Source: Rhodothermales bacterium (GTDB lineage Bacteria > Bacteroidota > Rhodothermia > Rhodothermales > Bin80). From it: 64,000 nt of DNA. Position numbers and translations under genes: made by a program. A model generated the notes under the pieces. It saw only the letters and a program-made list of their open reading frames with translations, was not told the origin of the DNA and made no database searches. Positions 1-9,204 of this stretch are shown here, piece after piece (within the stretch, counting starts at the first letter, position 1; each line of letters starts with the position of its first letter). Location of the stretch: NCBI GenBank assembly GCA_022822185.1, contig JAJECE010000068.1, positions 376 to 64,375 of the forward strand. Reading direction: 5' to 3'.

Positions 1-246
1 GATGCGGCGCACCGGACCGAACTGGAACTGGGCTACGGAGCCCCATGGCGCAAAGGATCTGCACGATCCATCCTGGGCATTACACAACTGCCGCAGGGCA
101 TGATGTACCGGCTCGGCGGCGAACTGCGCCCGTGGGAACGACTCACCCTCTCTGCCTACGGACTAGCCCATGTGTCCAGACACCATGGCCACCAATCCGG
201 GCCGGACAATCTCGGCGTGAATCTCAGAGGAGCACTTCAGTATTAG
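1..246 (+). CDS. 3' end of an unidentified CDS entering the window
   Basis: Frame 1 is open from base 1 to TAG at 244-246 (81 sense codons). Codon usage looks coding and the ORF is convergent with rpiA. Product not recognisable (ends ...SRHHGHQSGPDNLGVNLRGALQY). Confidence 0.3.
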   Translation, partial: DAAHRTELELGYGAPWRKGSARSILGITQLPQGMMYRLGGELRPWERLTLSAYGLAHVSRHHGHQSGPDNLGVNLRGALQY

Positions 247-317
247 GCTACGAAAGCAGAACAGAAATACGCAATCTGTGCCTCCTTTGTCAGGGAACAA
301 GGCCGGCGGCTCATAGA

Positions 318-1025
318 TTACGTCGGCAGATCAATCGGGCGCTGTATCACATCCACGCCCGACTCCGTACCTACAATTACTTCGGTGGCCAGCCCCACAA
401 ACAGACCGTGATCCAAAACCCCCGGCAGGTTAAGTAATTCACGGCTCAATGCCGCTGGATGATCAATTGGGGGAAACTCTGCATCAATGACCCAAAACCC
501 CTGGTCTGTGACGACAGGGCCATCTTTGCGCAGGCCTAAACGTAACGAAGCGCGGGCCCCCATCTGCTGTAGCGTGCGCAGAATAACCGGTGCCGCAAGC
601 GGAATGACCTCAATCGGCACCGGGGCCTTCGTACCCAACTTCTTTACCAGTTTGGACGGATCCACTAAGACCGCGAATCGTCTGGAGTGACTGGCAATGA
701 TTTTTTCGCGTGTATGGGCCGCCCCCCTCCCCTTGATTAAATCAAGTGCTGGACTTACCTCGTCTGCACCATCAAAAGCAATATCCAGTTTCCCCTGCAC
801 TTCGTCAAAAGTACATAGAGGAACCCCATGCCTCCGCGCCTCCAGTTCCGCCGAACTGGAGGTGGGGATTCCTCGGATCTGTAAACCCTCTTCATGAATC
901 CGCCTTCCGATGGCAGCAATCGCAAACGCGGTGGTTGAGCCGGTGCCAAGCCCAATCGTCATGCCATGCTTTACATGCCGGGCGGCTTCTGCACCTGCCC
1001 GGCTCTTGGCAAGATCCTGATCCAT
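318..1025 (-). CDS. rpiA: ribose-5-phosphate isomerase A
   Basis: 235-aa ORF with GLGTGST, DGADEV and KGRGAAHTREK motifs typical of RpiA. Confidence 0.9.
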   Translation of the reverse strand: MDQDLAKSRAGAEAARHVKHGMTIGLGTGSTTAFAIAAIGRRIHEEGLQIRGIPTSSSAELEARRHGVPLCTFDEVQGKLDIAFDGADEVSPALDLIKGRGAAHTREKIIASHSRRFAVLVDPSKLVKKLGTKAPVPIEVIPLAAPVILRTLQQMGARASLRLGLRKDGPVVTDQGFWVIDAEFPPIDHPAALSRELLNLPGVLDHGLFVGLATEVIVGTESGVDVIQRPIDLPT

Positions 1026-2251
1026 TATTCGTGACGCAGAGACTCTATCGGATCCAGACTTGCCGCCTTATAGGCAGGGTAGACCCCAAAAATCATCGCA
1101 ATCAGGGTGACTCCGAGCACCGCACCGATGGCCCAATTCCAAGGAAAGACAAAGGATACATCAAAGAAATATCCCACCGCGTTCCCCCCAAGAACTCCCA
1201 CGAGGATGCCGGTAAGCCCACCAATCTGGCACAAAAAGATAGCTTCATACAGAAACTGACTCAGCACATCCCGCCGCCGGGCTCCAACCGCTTTCCGCAC
1301 GCCGATTTCCCTCGTACGCTCCGCAACCGAAACGAGCATAATATTCATGACCCCAATGCCGGCGGAAAGCAGCGTAATCAAACCAACCACGGCTCCGCCC
1401 AACTTTACCTGACCTGTAAATCCGGTAACCTGATCCAGGAACGCCTCCGAACTCTGAATTTCGAAATTATTTTCCTGACCCGGCTCTACATTGCGGATAA
1501 CTCTGAAAATCCCGATCGCTTCCTCCATGGCCTCCTCTATCGTATCCATACTGCGCGTCTCCACTTTGATCTGTATATCACGCTGTGCCGCACTGTACGT
1601 CTGAATCATGTTCGTGATGGGAACCAGTGTAAGCAGATCCATATTCTCACCAAAGACATCTCCTTTTTTCGCCATCACACCAATAATCTGGTAACGCTCT
1701 CCCCGCACAAAAATGGGCTTCCCTACCGGATTAATATTCGGAAAAAGCCGATCCCCGACATCGTGTCCAATCACCGCAACATCCCGTCCTAGTTCTACAT
1801 CAAGTTCGGTCATATTTCGCCCCTGAGCAATATCAAATCCGTTGGTCGAAATCCAGGACTCATTCACTCCCAGTTTTGTAACGACATTCTCTGTCTTTCG
1901 ATCTTCATAACGAGCTTCCAGTTCACGATACACTTGCATCGTTGGGCTGACAGCGGAAGGTAATGTTGCCCTTTCCACATATCTAAGCATGTCATCATAT
2001 GTAAGACTCCGCCGTGCTCGATATCTGGAACCGGATTGACTGAATCCGTCCATTCTGGTGATGGTAAAGGTTGTTGCACCAAAAGACTCCACTGCATTTA
2101 TCAGTCTTGTCTCTACAACCTGAACGGCAGTGACTGCCACGATAATTGCAAAAACACCAATGACAATTCCTAATAAAGTGAGCAAGGAACGCAACTTATG
2201 ACTGCGTATTACATCCCAGGCCAAACGTACAAATTCAAGGTTGACCATCAC
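1025..2251 (-). CDS. ABC transporter permease, FtsX/MacB-like
   Basis: 408 aa. N-terminal TM (LRSLLTLLGIVIGV), large central extracytoplasmic domain, and C-terminal FtsX domain with the ERTREIGVRKAVGA motif. Its stop overlaps the rpiA start by 1 nt. Confidence 0.85.
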   Translation of the reverse strand: MMVNLEFVRLAWDVIRSHKLRSLLTLLGIVIGVFAIIVAVTAVQVVETRLINAVESFGATTFTITRMDGFSQSGSRYRARRSLTYDDMLRYVERATLPSAVSPTMQVYRELEARYEDRKTENVVTKLGVNESWISTNGFDIAQGRNMTELDVELGRDVAVIGHDVGDRLFPNINPVGKPIFVRGERYQIIGVMAKKGDVFGENMDLLTLVPITNMIQTYSAAQRDIQIKVETRSMDTIEEAMEEAIGIFRVIRNVEPGQENNFEIQSSEAFLDQVTGFTGQVKLGGAVVGLITLLSAGIGVMNIMLVSVAERTREIGVRKAVGARRRDVLSQFLYEAIFLCQIGGLTGILVGVLGGNAVGYFFDVSFVFPWNWAIGAVLGVTLIAMIFGVYPAYKAASLDPIESLRHE

Positions 2252-3481
2252 TTAACTGTGTCGTAATGCTTCGATGGGATCCATTCGTGCGGCATTCCAG
2301 GCAGGCACAACGCCAAAGATCACACCAACTCCCACACAGATTCCAAACGCAAGGAGAACCGTTCCGAGGGCAAATGTTGCCGGAACAAACTGATTAACAA
2401 TGGCCGTCACGCCCAGAGAAAGCAGGATGCCAACGGAACCGGCCGCAATGCACACCAATACCGCCTCAATCAGAAACTGCGAGAGTACCGCCCGGCGACT
2501 GGCACCCACCGCCTTTCGCACTCCGATCTCCTTGGTGCGTTCCTTCACGGTTACAAACATAATGTTCATCACTCCAATTCCGCCTACAATCAGTGCCAGC
2601 CCCGTCAGAAATATGCCAATCGCATAGACCACCGCCTTGACCCCTGCCAACTGCTCCCGGAAAGCTTCAGTTTTGTTAATTTCGAAATTATCTTCCTCCA
2701 TTGCATCCAGTCCTCTGGCCGCCCTGACAATCCCCGTCAATTCTTCTTCAAGCAGAGGGACCGTTTCATCGGATGCAGCATTCACCTTTATTACAACACT
2801 CCGAAAACGTCCAAAGTGTCGCTCAAACGTTTTAATTGGAATCTGAGCCTGCTCGTCGAACGAAAACAACCCCATGAATTTGCCCTGCTCCTTCAGCACT
2901 CCGATCACCTCAAATCGTTTCCCGCCAATTCTGATTACCTTCCCGATGGCCCGCTCACTGGGAAACAGAGACTCATTTACCGCATGCCCAATCACAACCA
3001 CACTGCGACCCACCAGATTATCAAGGTCATTGTACCAGCGTCCTTCCAAAAGCTCCACATCATCCACACTGGCAATCTCCGGAGTTGATCCCTGAATAAA
3101 TACACCATACAATGCACGGTCACGATAACGTATGGGCCGCCCTGTCTGCGCTAACGGGGCCACCGCGACTGCATATTCTGAACGTTCGCGAATGCGCTCG
3201 GCCAAATCTGCCCGCAGGTCAGGTCGCGACCGGTGACGTGCACGTTCGCCTGGCTCGGTAAACCAACTGGTTTTCTCAACGTAGATTGCGTTGGTCCCCA
3301 ACATCGCCAGCGAGTTATCCATAGCGTTCTCCAGACCATTAATGACCGTAATCATTGCGGTCACCGTCACAATTCCAATGATAATTCCCAGCATGGTCAA
3401 CCCACTGCGCAGGCGGTTCGTGCCCAGCGAACGCAACGCAATAAGCAGACTCTCCCAGGTTTCTATGAAAAAACGGATCAA
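2252..3481 (-). CDS. ABC transporter permease, FtsX/MacB-like (paralog of the previous gene)
   Basis: 409 aa with the same architecture (LRSGLTMLGIIIGI ... ERTKEIGVRKAVGA). TTG start. No ATPase partner lies adjacent. Confidence 0.85.
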   Translation of the reverse strand: MIRFFIETWESLLIALRSLGTNRLRSGLTMLGIIIGIVTVTAMITVINGLENAMDNSLAMLGTNAIYVEKTSWFTEPGERARHRSRPDLRADLAERIRERSEYAVAVAPLAQTGRPIRYRDRALYGVFIQGSTPEIASVDDVELLEGRWYNDLDNLVGRSVVVIGHAVNESLFPSERAIGKVIRIGGKRFEVIGVLKEQGKFMGLFSFDEQAQIPIKTFERHFGRFRSVVIKVNAASDETVPLLEEELTGIVRAARGLDAMEEDNFEINKTEAFREQLAGVKAVVYAIGIFLTGLALIVGGIGVMNIMFVTVKERTKEIGVRKAVGASRRAVLSQFLIEAVLVCIAAGSVGILLSLGVTAIVNQFVPATFALGTVLLAFGICVGVGVIFGVVPAWNAARMDPIEALRHS

Positions 3482-3644
3482 AACTAACGCCTCGTGTTTT
3501 CTCTCATGTCAGTGCCTACGCAGTTCGGGCAATCGGGTTGCGAAAACGCCGGATTCCTATATATTTGGATCCAGGCTGGCGAGAACTTTGGACATTTGAT
3601 GTATCCAATGCGTAGAAGCAGAACTTATTTCTGAGTGTTTCCCG

Positions 3645-3803
3645 ATGAACAAACTACGAATTTCGATTGAGTTCCTGCGATTTTTACAGATGCGCAGGAA
3701 ATACTGGCTAACCCCCATTGTGGTCGTTTTGTTGCTCCTGAGCATTCTGATTGTTCTGACGCAAGGGTCAGCACTGGCTCCCTTTATCTACTCCCTATTC
3801 TAA
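3645..3803 (+). CDS. small membrane protein, DUF5989-like (52 aa)
   Basis: Below the ORF-track cutoff; found by hand translation: MNKLRISIEFLRFLQMRRKYWLTPIVVVLLLLSILIVLTQGSALAPFIYSLF. The KYWL.P...L......GSA.APFIY..F pattern matches my memory of DUF5989 proteins. Confidence 0.55.
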   Translation: MNKLRISIEFLRFLQMRRKYWLTPIVVVLLLLSILIVLTQGSALAPFIYSLF

Positions 3804-3861
3804 ACTGCACTGCTGCATCATCAGATTCTGTTCGTAGAGTCTGATCAGAGTACATTGACCG

Positions 3862-4674
3862 ATGGGCCAGATCATTGCAATTGCAAACCAAAAAGGTGGT
3901 GTAGGCAAAACCACCACTGCTGTAAATCTCGCCGTATCGCTTGCGGTACTGGAAAACTCTACCCTGGTAGTAGATCTGGATCCCCAGGCAAATTGTACTT
4001 CAAGCCTGGGGTACAATGCCAGAGAGGTACGCCCATCTGTCTATGAGGTCATCATTGGTAAGAGCAGACCCGAGGATATCCTGTGCAAGAACGAAGAAGT
4101 CCCCCATCTGGATCTGCTTCCCGCGAATATCAATCTGGTAGGTGCAGAAGTTGAACTGATCAGTATTCGGGATCGCGAACAGCTTCTGAAAAAATCGCTT
4201 ATTGGACTGACCGACAACTACGACTATGTTATTATTGACTGCCCGCCGTCGCTTGGACTCTTAACCGTCAATGCTCTGACTGCTGCCGACAGCGTAATTA
4301 TTCCCGTACAAGTGGAATACTTTGCACTTGAAGGGCTGGGGCTGCTGCTCAATACAATCAAAATCGTACGAGGTGGACTCAATCCGGATCTTGAAATTTC
4401 GGGAGTACTCCTGACGCTCTATGATTCACGTCTGCGACTCTCGAAACAGGTTGCTGCAGAGGTAAAGCGTTATTTCGGCAATCAGGTGTTCAAAACCATT
4501 ATTCATCGGAATGTGACGGTTGCCGAAGCTCCCAGTTTCGGGAAACCCGTTCTGCTTCACAGTGCAACCAGCACCGGTGCCCGTAATTATCTGGCCCTTG
4601 CCCGGGAGATGATGCAACGCATCTCCGCCATCAATACGAAACCCCCTGACTTTGCTTCTCCGTCAAATACCTGA
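3862..4674 (+). CDS. parA: chromosome partitioning ATPase ParA/Soj
   Basis: Deviant Walker A motif NQKGGVGKTTTAVNLA, DCPPSLG motif, 270 aa, upstream of parB. Confidence 0.93.
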   Translation: MGQIIAIANQKGGVGKTTTAVNLAVSLAVLENSTLVVDLDPQANCTSSLGYNAREVRPSVYEVIIGKSRPEDILCKNEEVPHLDLLPANINLVGAEVELISIRDREQLLKKSLIGLTDNYDYVIIDCPPSLGLLTVNALTAADSVIIPVQVEYFALEGLGLLLNTIKIVRGGLNPDLEISGVLLTLYDSRLRLSKQVAAEVKRYFGNQVFKTIIHRNVTVAEAPSFGKPVLLHSATSTGARNYLALAREMMQRISAINTKPPDFASPSNT

Positions 4675-4743
4675 TCCGATGTTATGCCTGCCGGGAAAAG
4701 ATTATTTTCTGCATGGGGAAATGAAATGGGTCAGGCGTTCCAC

Positions 4744-4778
4744 CCTGTGCCTGAACGGATCCGTGGAACGGGGCTGTA
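4744..4778. promoter_or_regulatory. 8-bp inverted repeat made of parS-like half-sites (CGTTCCAC / GTGGAACG) separated by 19 nt
   Basis: Read directly from the sequence in the 277-bp parA-parB spacer. GTTCCAC and GTGGAAC resemble the halves of the canonical TGTTNCACGTGAAACA site. Confidence 0.3.
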
Positions 4779-4951
4779 CTTTTCATTGCACCTGCGCCGC
4801 CGGAAGTGGAGAATTCACTCACACAACCCCCGATTGCGCCTCAAAAATCAGTCATGACCTCCTCGGACAAACTTCCATTCATTAAATTACAACCGTTGCG
4901 CTGACCTATATCGTCAGTGTGCTCAGAGTATCAAGCTATTCCTGTTTGCAG

Positions 4952-5836
4952 ATGACAAATCCGAATTCGGTCCTTGGGCGTGGACTAGATGCAATCCTCA
5001 GTAATGACGGGCAATTACGCTCCGAAGAACATGCGCGTTCCCTTGTCGGCGGTATCTTTGACATCCCCATCGGTTCCATCAAACCAAACCCATTTCAGCC
5101 CCGGCAGGAATTCAATGAACAGGCGCTGGACTCTCTGTCACGGTCCATTGCACAACTGGGGATCATTCAGCCTATTACCGTCCGGGCAACCAAAGGAGGC
5201 GAATTTGAGATCATCAGTGGTGAGAGACGGCTCAGGGCGGCAAAATTGGCCGGTATGGAAGAAATTCCGGCCTATATCCGACCTGCCAAGGATGTCCGAA
5301 TGCTGGAGATGGCCCTGATTGAGAATGTCCAGCGTGAAGAACTGAATCCCATCGAGGTTGCTCTAGGCTACCGAAGGCTTATCGATGAATATGGCTTAAC
5401 ACAGGAGGAGGTCGCGCAGCGGGTCGGTAAAAATCGCTCCACAATCACGAATTTTTTGCGGCTGCTTCATCTTCCTCCAAAAGTACAGATTGGTCTTCGG
5501 GAAGGTCTCGTCACACCGGGACATGCCCGTGCACTGCTTTCACTCCGTGATGATCGTACCATTAATCGGCTCTTTGGAGAAATCCGAAGAAAGAATCTCA
5601 GTGTCCGTGAAGTTGAGCAGCGCGTAAAACTCCTCCTTCAGAAAAATTCGAAACCAAAACCCGTGACCTCCCCTCCCAATGTATACTTCAAGCAATTTGA
5701 AAAACAACTCCGGACCCATCTAGGCACGAAGGTGCAAATCATTGGGAAGACGAAAGGAGACGGCCGTATTGAAATCCACTACTACTCGGAAGAAGATCTG
5801 TCCCGAATCGTTGAGTTACTTGAAGGGGCCGGTTGA
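4952..5836 (+). CDS. parB: chromosome partitioning protein ParB/Spo0J
   Basis: GRGLDAIL N-terminus, the ParB box GERRLRAAKLAG, and an HTH (QEEVAQRVGKNRSTITNFLRLL). I chose the ATG at 4952 rather than the GTG at 4919. Confidence 0.92.
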   Translation: MTNPNSVLGRGLDAILSNDGQLRSEEHARSLVGGIFDIPIGSIKPNPFQPRQEFNEQALDSLSRSIAQLGIIQPITVRATKGGEFEIISGERRLRAAKLAGMEEIPAYIRPAKDVRMLEMALIENVQREELNPIEVALGYRRLIDEYGLTQEEVAQRVGKNRSTITNFLRLLHLPPKVQIGLREGLVTPGHARALLSLRDDRTINRLFGEIRRKNLSVREVEQRVKLLLQKNSKPKPVTSPPNVYFKQFEKQLRTHLGTKVQIIGKTKGDGRIEIHYYSEEDLSRIVELLEGAG

Positions 5837-5839
5837 TTT

Positions 5840-6460
5840 ATGGCGCACCCGTTCCTGAAAGCAACGCTCTTTTTGTATCTGTTTCTGTGGATGACCGGAC
5901 CGGTGCAGACAAACGCACAAGCGGATACAACGGTGACCGCCCCTGATGTTTATCAACCAGACCCGCGTTCTGCCCTGCGCCGTGCATTCGTGCCAGGATG
6001 GGGACAACTGTATAATCGTGAGTACTATAAGGTCCCTGTTGTATACGTCGGGCTGGTGGCTTTTGTGGGTTCTGCCCTACTGGTAAACCGCCGATATCGT
6101 CTGTATCGGCACGCCTATCTGTTTACCGCACGAACCAATCCAGACGGCACTCCAGTATTTCCTGAATATGAAAGTGACTATTCTGAACTTCTACGCGTCT
6201 TAGAGTTAAGTTCTGAATCGATTCTTATGCCTGACGAAGTCGCAGCACGTCGTGCCCGACTCCAACCCCAATTCCGTGCACAGCGAGATGTGCTTCGACG
6301 GAACCGGGATCTATTGTACTTTGGCACCCTTGCCTGGTATGGGTTCACGGTGATTGATGCCTATGTGAGTGCGCATCTGGCAGAATTCGATGTCAGCGAA
6401 TCTCTGGCGGTTCAGATAACAGGCGGCCCGCAGCAGTTTGGACTCCTACTAACCTGGTAG
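5840..6460 (+). CDS. DUF5683-like membrane protein
   Basis: PGWGQLYNREYYKVPVVY motif. The position immediately after parB is typical in Bacteroidota-type genomes. Confidence 0.65.
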   Translation: MAHPFLKATLFLYLFLWMTGPVQTNAQADTTVTAPDVYQPDPRSALRRAFVPGWGQLYNREYYKVPVVYVGLVAFVGSALLVNRRYRLYRHAYLFTARTNPDGTPVFPEYESDYSELLRVLELSSESILMPDEVAARRARLQPQFRAQRDVLRRNRDLLYFGTLAWYGFTVIDAYVSAHLAEFDVSESLAVQITGGPQQFGLLLTW

Positions 6461-6665
6461 ATCTGCCCCGATATAGGATATGCCCTGTCATTCACGAACT
6501 TCAATTTCAGACCTGTCTGTCCCCGACAGCCATCACGATCCGGCATCATGTGCCATGGTAATCTCTCCCCCCCCGGTACCGGTCGCTGTCCTGTCTGCGG
6601 ATATCATCCCTTAACGTACAACCAAATTCCATCCATCCTGGATTCCTGATCTGCTTTCACTGCAT

Positions 6666-7925
6666 ATGATTGATTCAAACGAAATCCTCGCCACAGAGCC
6701 TGCAATATTTGAGAAAACACGAGCGTTCATGGCACCTGGTGCCCTGATCAACGAGGCGAAAGACGCAGGTCTCTATCCCTACTTTCGCGCAATTTCACGA
6801 AGTGAGGGGACACGGGCATTTATTGATGGCCGTGAACTCATCATGGCAGGATCCAATAACTATCTCGGATTGACCAGTGATCCGAGAGTCAAGCAGGCTG
6901 CAAATCAGGCAATTGCCAAATACGGCACCGGCTGCACCGGCAGCCGTTTTTTGAATGGCACCCTGGATATTCACCTGCAACTCGAAGAACGCCTGGCGGC
7001 CTTCATGCAGAAAGAGGCCTGTGTTCTCTTTTCGACCGGGTACATGACAAACCTGGGGGTGATCCAGGGGATTACATCCAAAAATGATCTGATTTTTTCT
7101 GATAAGGATAATCACGCCTGCATCGTCGCCGGGACGCAGGTAAGCGAAGCAAACTGCTGGCGCTACCGCCATTTTGACATGAACCATCTGCGACGCCTTC
7201 TTGAGAAAGCCGAACTGGAACAGCCCGAGGCAGATAAACTCATCGTTACCGATGGTGTGTTTTCTATGAGCGGCCGTATTGCCCCGGTCCCCGAACTGAT
7301 CAAACTCGCCGACGAATTTGGGGCTGCCCTGATGCTAGATGACGCACACGCAGTAGGGGTCATTGGCCCCGGTGGACGAGGATCCGCTGCCTACTTCGGT
7401 CTAGAACACGAAGTCCCCCTGACAACAGGCACCTTCTCAAAGAGTTTCTCCTCACTTGGCGGTTTTTTGACGGGAGATAATGATGTCATTGAGTACATCC
7501 GGCACATGTCCCGTGCACATATTTTCAGTGCATCCATGCCTCCTAGTACGGTCGCTACGGTGCTGAAATGTCTGGACATTCTTGAGGAAGAAACCTGGCG
7601 GCTTGACCGCCTGTGGAAAATCTCAAACTATATGCGGGAGGGATTCCGCAGTGCGGGCTTTGATGTATGGACCAGTGAAGCCCCCATCATTCCCGTCGTG
7701 GTCGGCAACGAAATGATGTCCGCGTTTCAATTCTGGACCGATCTTCTTGAAGAAGGAATCTTCGTCAACCCGGTGGTGCCCTGGCGGGGCGCTGTACCTC
7801 GCGGGCTCAGCATTATGCGTACCTCCTACATGGCGACGCACACCGATGAAGATCTGGACCGGATCCTGGAGGCCTTCTATCTTGTGGGACGAAAGCATGG
7901 CGTGCTGGACAACCACGCGGTCTAG
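6666..7925 (+). CDS. PLP-dependent alpha-oxoamine synthase, serine-palmitoyltransferase-like
   Basis: 419 aa. Motifs: SNNYLGL, GSRFLNGT, FSTGYMTNLG, DDAHAVG, the GTFSKS PLP-lysine motif, and SASMPPSTVAT (SPT-like rather than BioF/Kbl-like by my recollection). Confidence 0.8.
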   Translation: MIDSNEILATEPAIFEKTRAFMAPGALINEAKDAGLYPYFRAISRSEGTRAFIDGRELIMAGSNNYLGLTSDPRVKQAANQAIAKYGTGCTGSRFLNGTLDIHLQLEERLAAFMQKEACVLFSTGYMTNLGVIQGITSKNDLIFSDKDNHACIVAGTQVSEANCWRYRHFDMNHLRRLLEKAELEQPEADKLIVTDGVFSMSGRIAPVPELIKLADEFGAALMLDDAHAVGVIGPGGRGSAAYFGLEHEVPLTTGTFSKSFSSLGGFLTGDNDVIEYIRHMSRAHIFSASMPPSTVATVLKCLDILEEETWRLDRLWKISNYMREGFRSAGFDVWTSEAPIIPVVVGNEMMSAFQFWTDLLEEGIFVNPVVPWRGAVPRGLSIMRTSYMATHTDEDLDRILEAFYLVGRKHGVLDNHAV

Positions 7926-7928
7926 TCT

Positions 7929-9092
7929 ATGCCGGGTTCCCCTTCGTGCGTGATTCGGACTGTTCAGTCACGACGGGATCTGCGCCGGTTTGTTCAGTTT
8001 CCATATGATTTCTACCGGGGCAGTTTATTCTGGGTGCCCCCGCTTCGCGTGGATCAGTTTGAGACCCTCAACCCGAAAAAAAATCCCTTCTTTGAGCATG
8101 GGCGGATGCAGCTCTTCCTTGCCCTGGATGCCAATGGGCGCGTGGTAGGAAGAATTGCAGGAATCATCAACGGCATGCACTTAAAAACCTATGCCGATGA
8201 TGCCGGTTTTTTTGGATTCTTTGAAACCGAAGAATGCTTTGAGACTGCAGAAGCCCTCTTGGGGGCGGCAGCGTTCTGGCTCCATCAGCAGGGGATACGA
8301 ACCATTCGAGGCCCCGTGAACCCATCCATGAATGATTCCTCCGGTCTTCTGGTCAGCGGATTTGACCGGGTTCCCGCCATCATGATGACCTATAATCCGC
8401 CATACTACGAGGATTATCTCCTCCGCTGGGGGTTTACCCGTGTCATGACCATGTGGGCCTACTATATTCACCGGAAACATGTCACCATTGAACGCCTGCG
8501 GCGCGGGGCCGCGATTGTCCGCCGCCGAACCCCCGGCGTATCACTGCGCACCTTGGATCTGTCACGCTTTGACGAAGAGGTCTCGACCATACGGGAGATT
8601 TTTAATGAGGCATGGGCGGACAACTGGGGCTTTGTGCCGGCGACGGATCGTGAGTTTGCGCATCTGGCAAAAGCCATGAAGCAGATCGTAGATCCGAGGA
8701 TGTGTTTCTTTGTAGAAATAGACGGCCAGCCGGTCGGATTCACCATTACACTTCCGGACCTCAATCCTGCACTGCAACGACTGCCAGACGGTCGACTTTT
8801 CCCTTTTGGTCTGGCAAAATTATTGATCCTGACCAAATTTGCAAACGTGAGAGAATTACGTATGCCCCTCATGGGGATACGTAAAGCCTATCAGGGCCAT
8901 GCTCTGGATGTTCTTCCTGTGCTGGAAACCATTGAAAAATCCACCGAATATGGCTACCACGCGTGCGAAACAAGCTGGGTTTTAGATGCTAATCATGTCA
9001 TGAAGAACCTTTTAGACTCTATCCTTGCTGTCGTAGACAAGGAATATGCCATCCTTGAAGCCCCTGCGAAAAAGAAGCCATCCTCCCCTTAA
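7929..9092 (+). CDS. GNAT-fold acyltransferase-like protein (387 aa)
   Basis: The start is 3 nt after the stop of the SPT-like gene. FFGFFE and RGPVNPSMND motifs recall a widespread family of uncharacterised N-acyltransferases. Substrate unknown. Confidence 0.55.
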   Translation: MPGSPSCVIRTVQSRRDLRRFVQFPYDFYRGSLFWVPPLRVDQFETLNPKKNPFFEHGRMQLFLALDANGRVVGRIAGIINGMHLKTYADDAGFFGFFETEECFETAEALLGAAAFWLHQQGIRTIRGPVNPSMNDSSGLLVSGFDRVPAIMMTYNPPYYEDYLLRWGFTRVMTMWAYYIHRKHVTIERLRRGAAIVRRRTPGVSLRTLDLSRFDEEVSTIREIFNEAWADNWGFVPATDREFAHLAKAMKQIVDPRMCFFVEIDGQPVGFTITLPDLNPALQRLPDGRLFPFGLAKLLILTKFANVRELRMPLMGIRKAYQGHALDVLPVLETIEKSTEYGYHACETSWVLDANHVMKNLLDSILAVVDKEYAILEAPAKKKPSSP

Positions 9093-9204
9093 CCACCATG
9101 CGTGCGCACACCATACCGCAGTGAACATATCTGACCGTGAGCAGCCGGCGCACGGAGTCGGGTCTGCCGAAGGCATGTGACAGTCTATTGCGGCCAACTT
9201 GATT

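Noticed and set aside
746-1792. 348-aa ORF on the + strand
   Set aside because: It lies entirely antisense to the well-supported rpiA and FtsX-permease genes. It has no recognisable motifs and an odd composition (rich in R/H/P/S). It is a shadow ORF.
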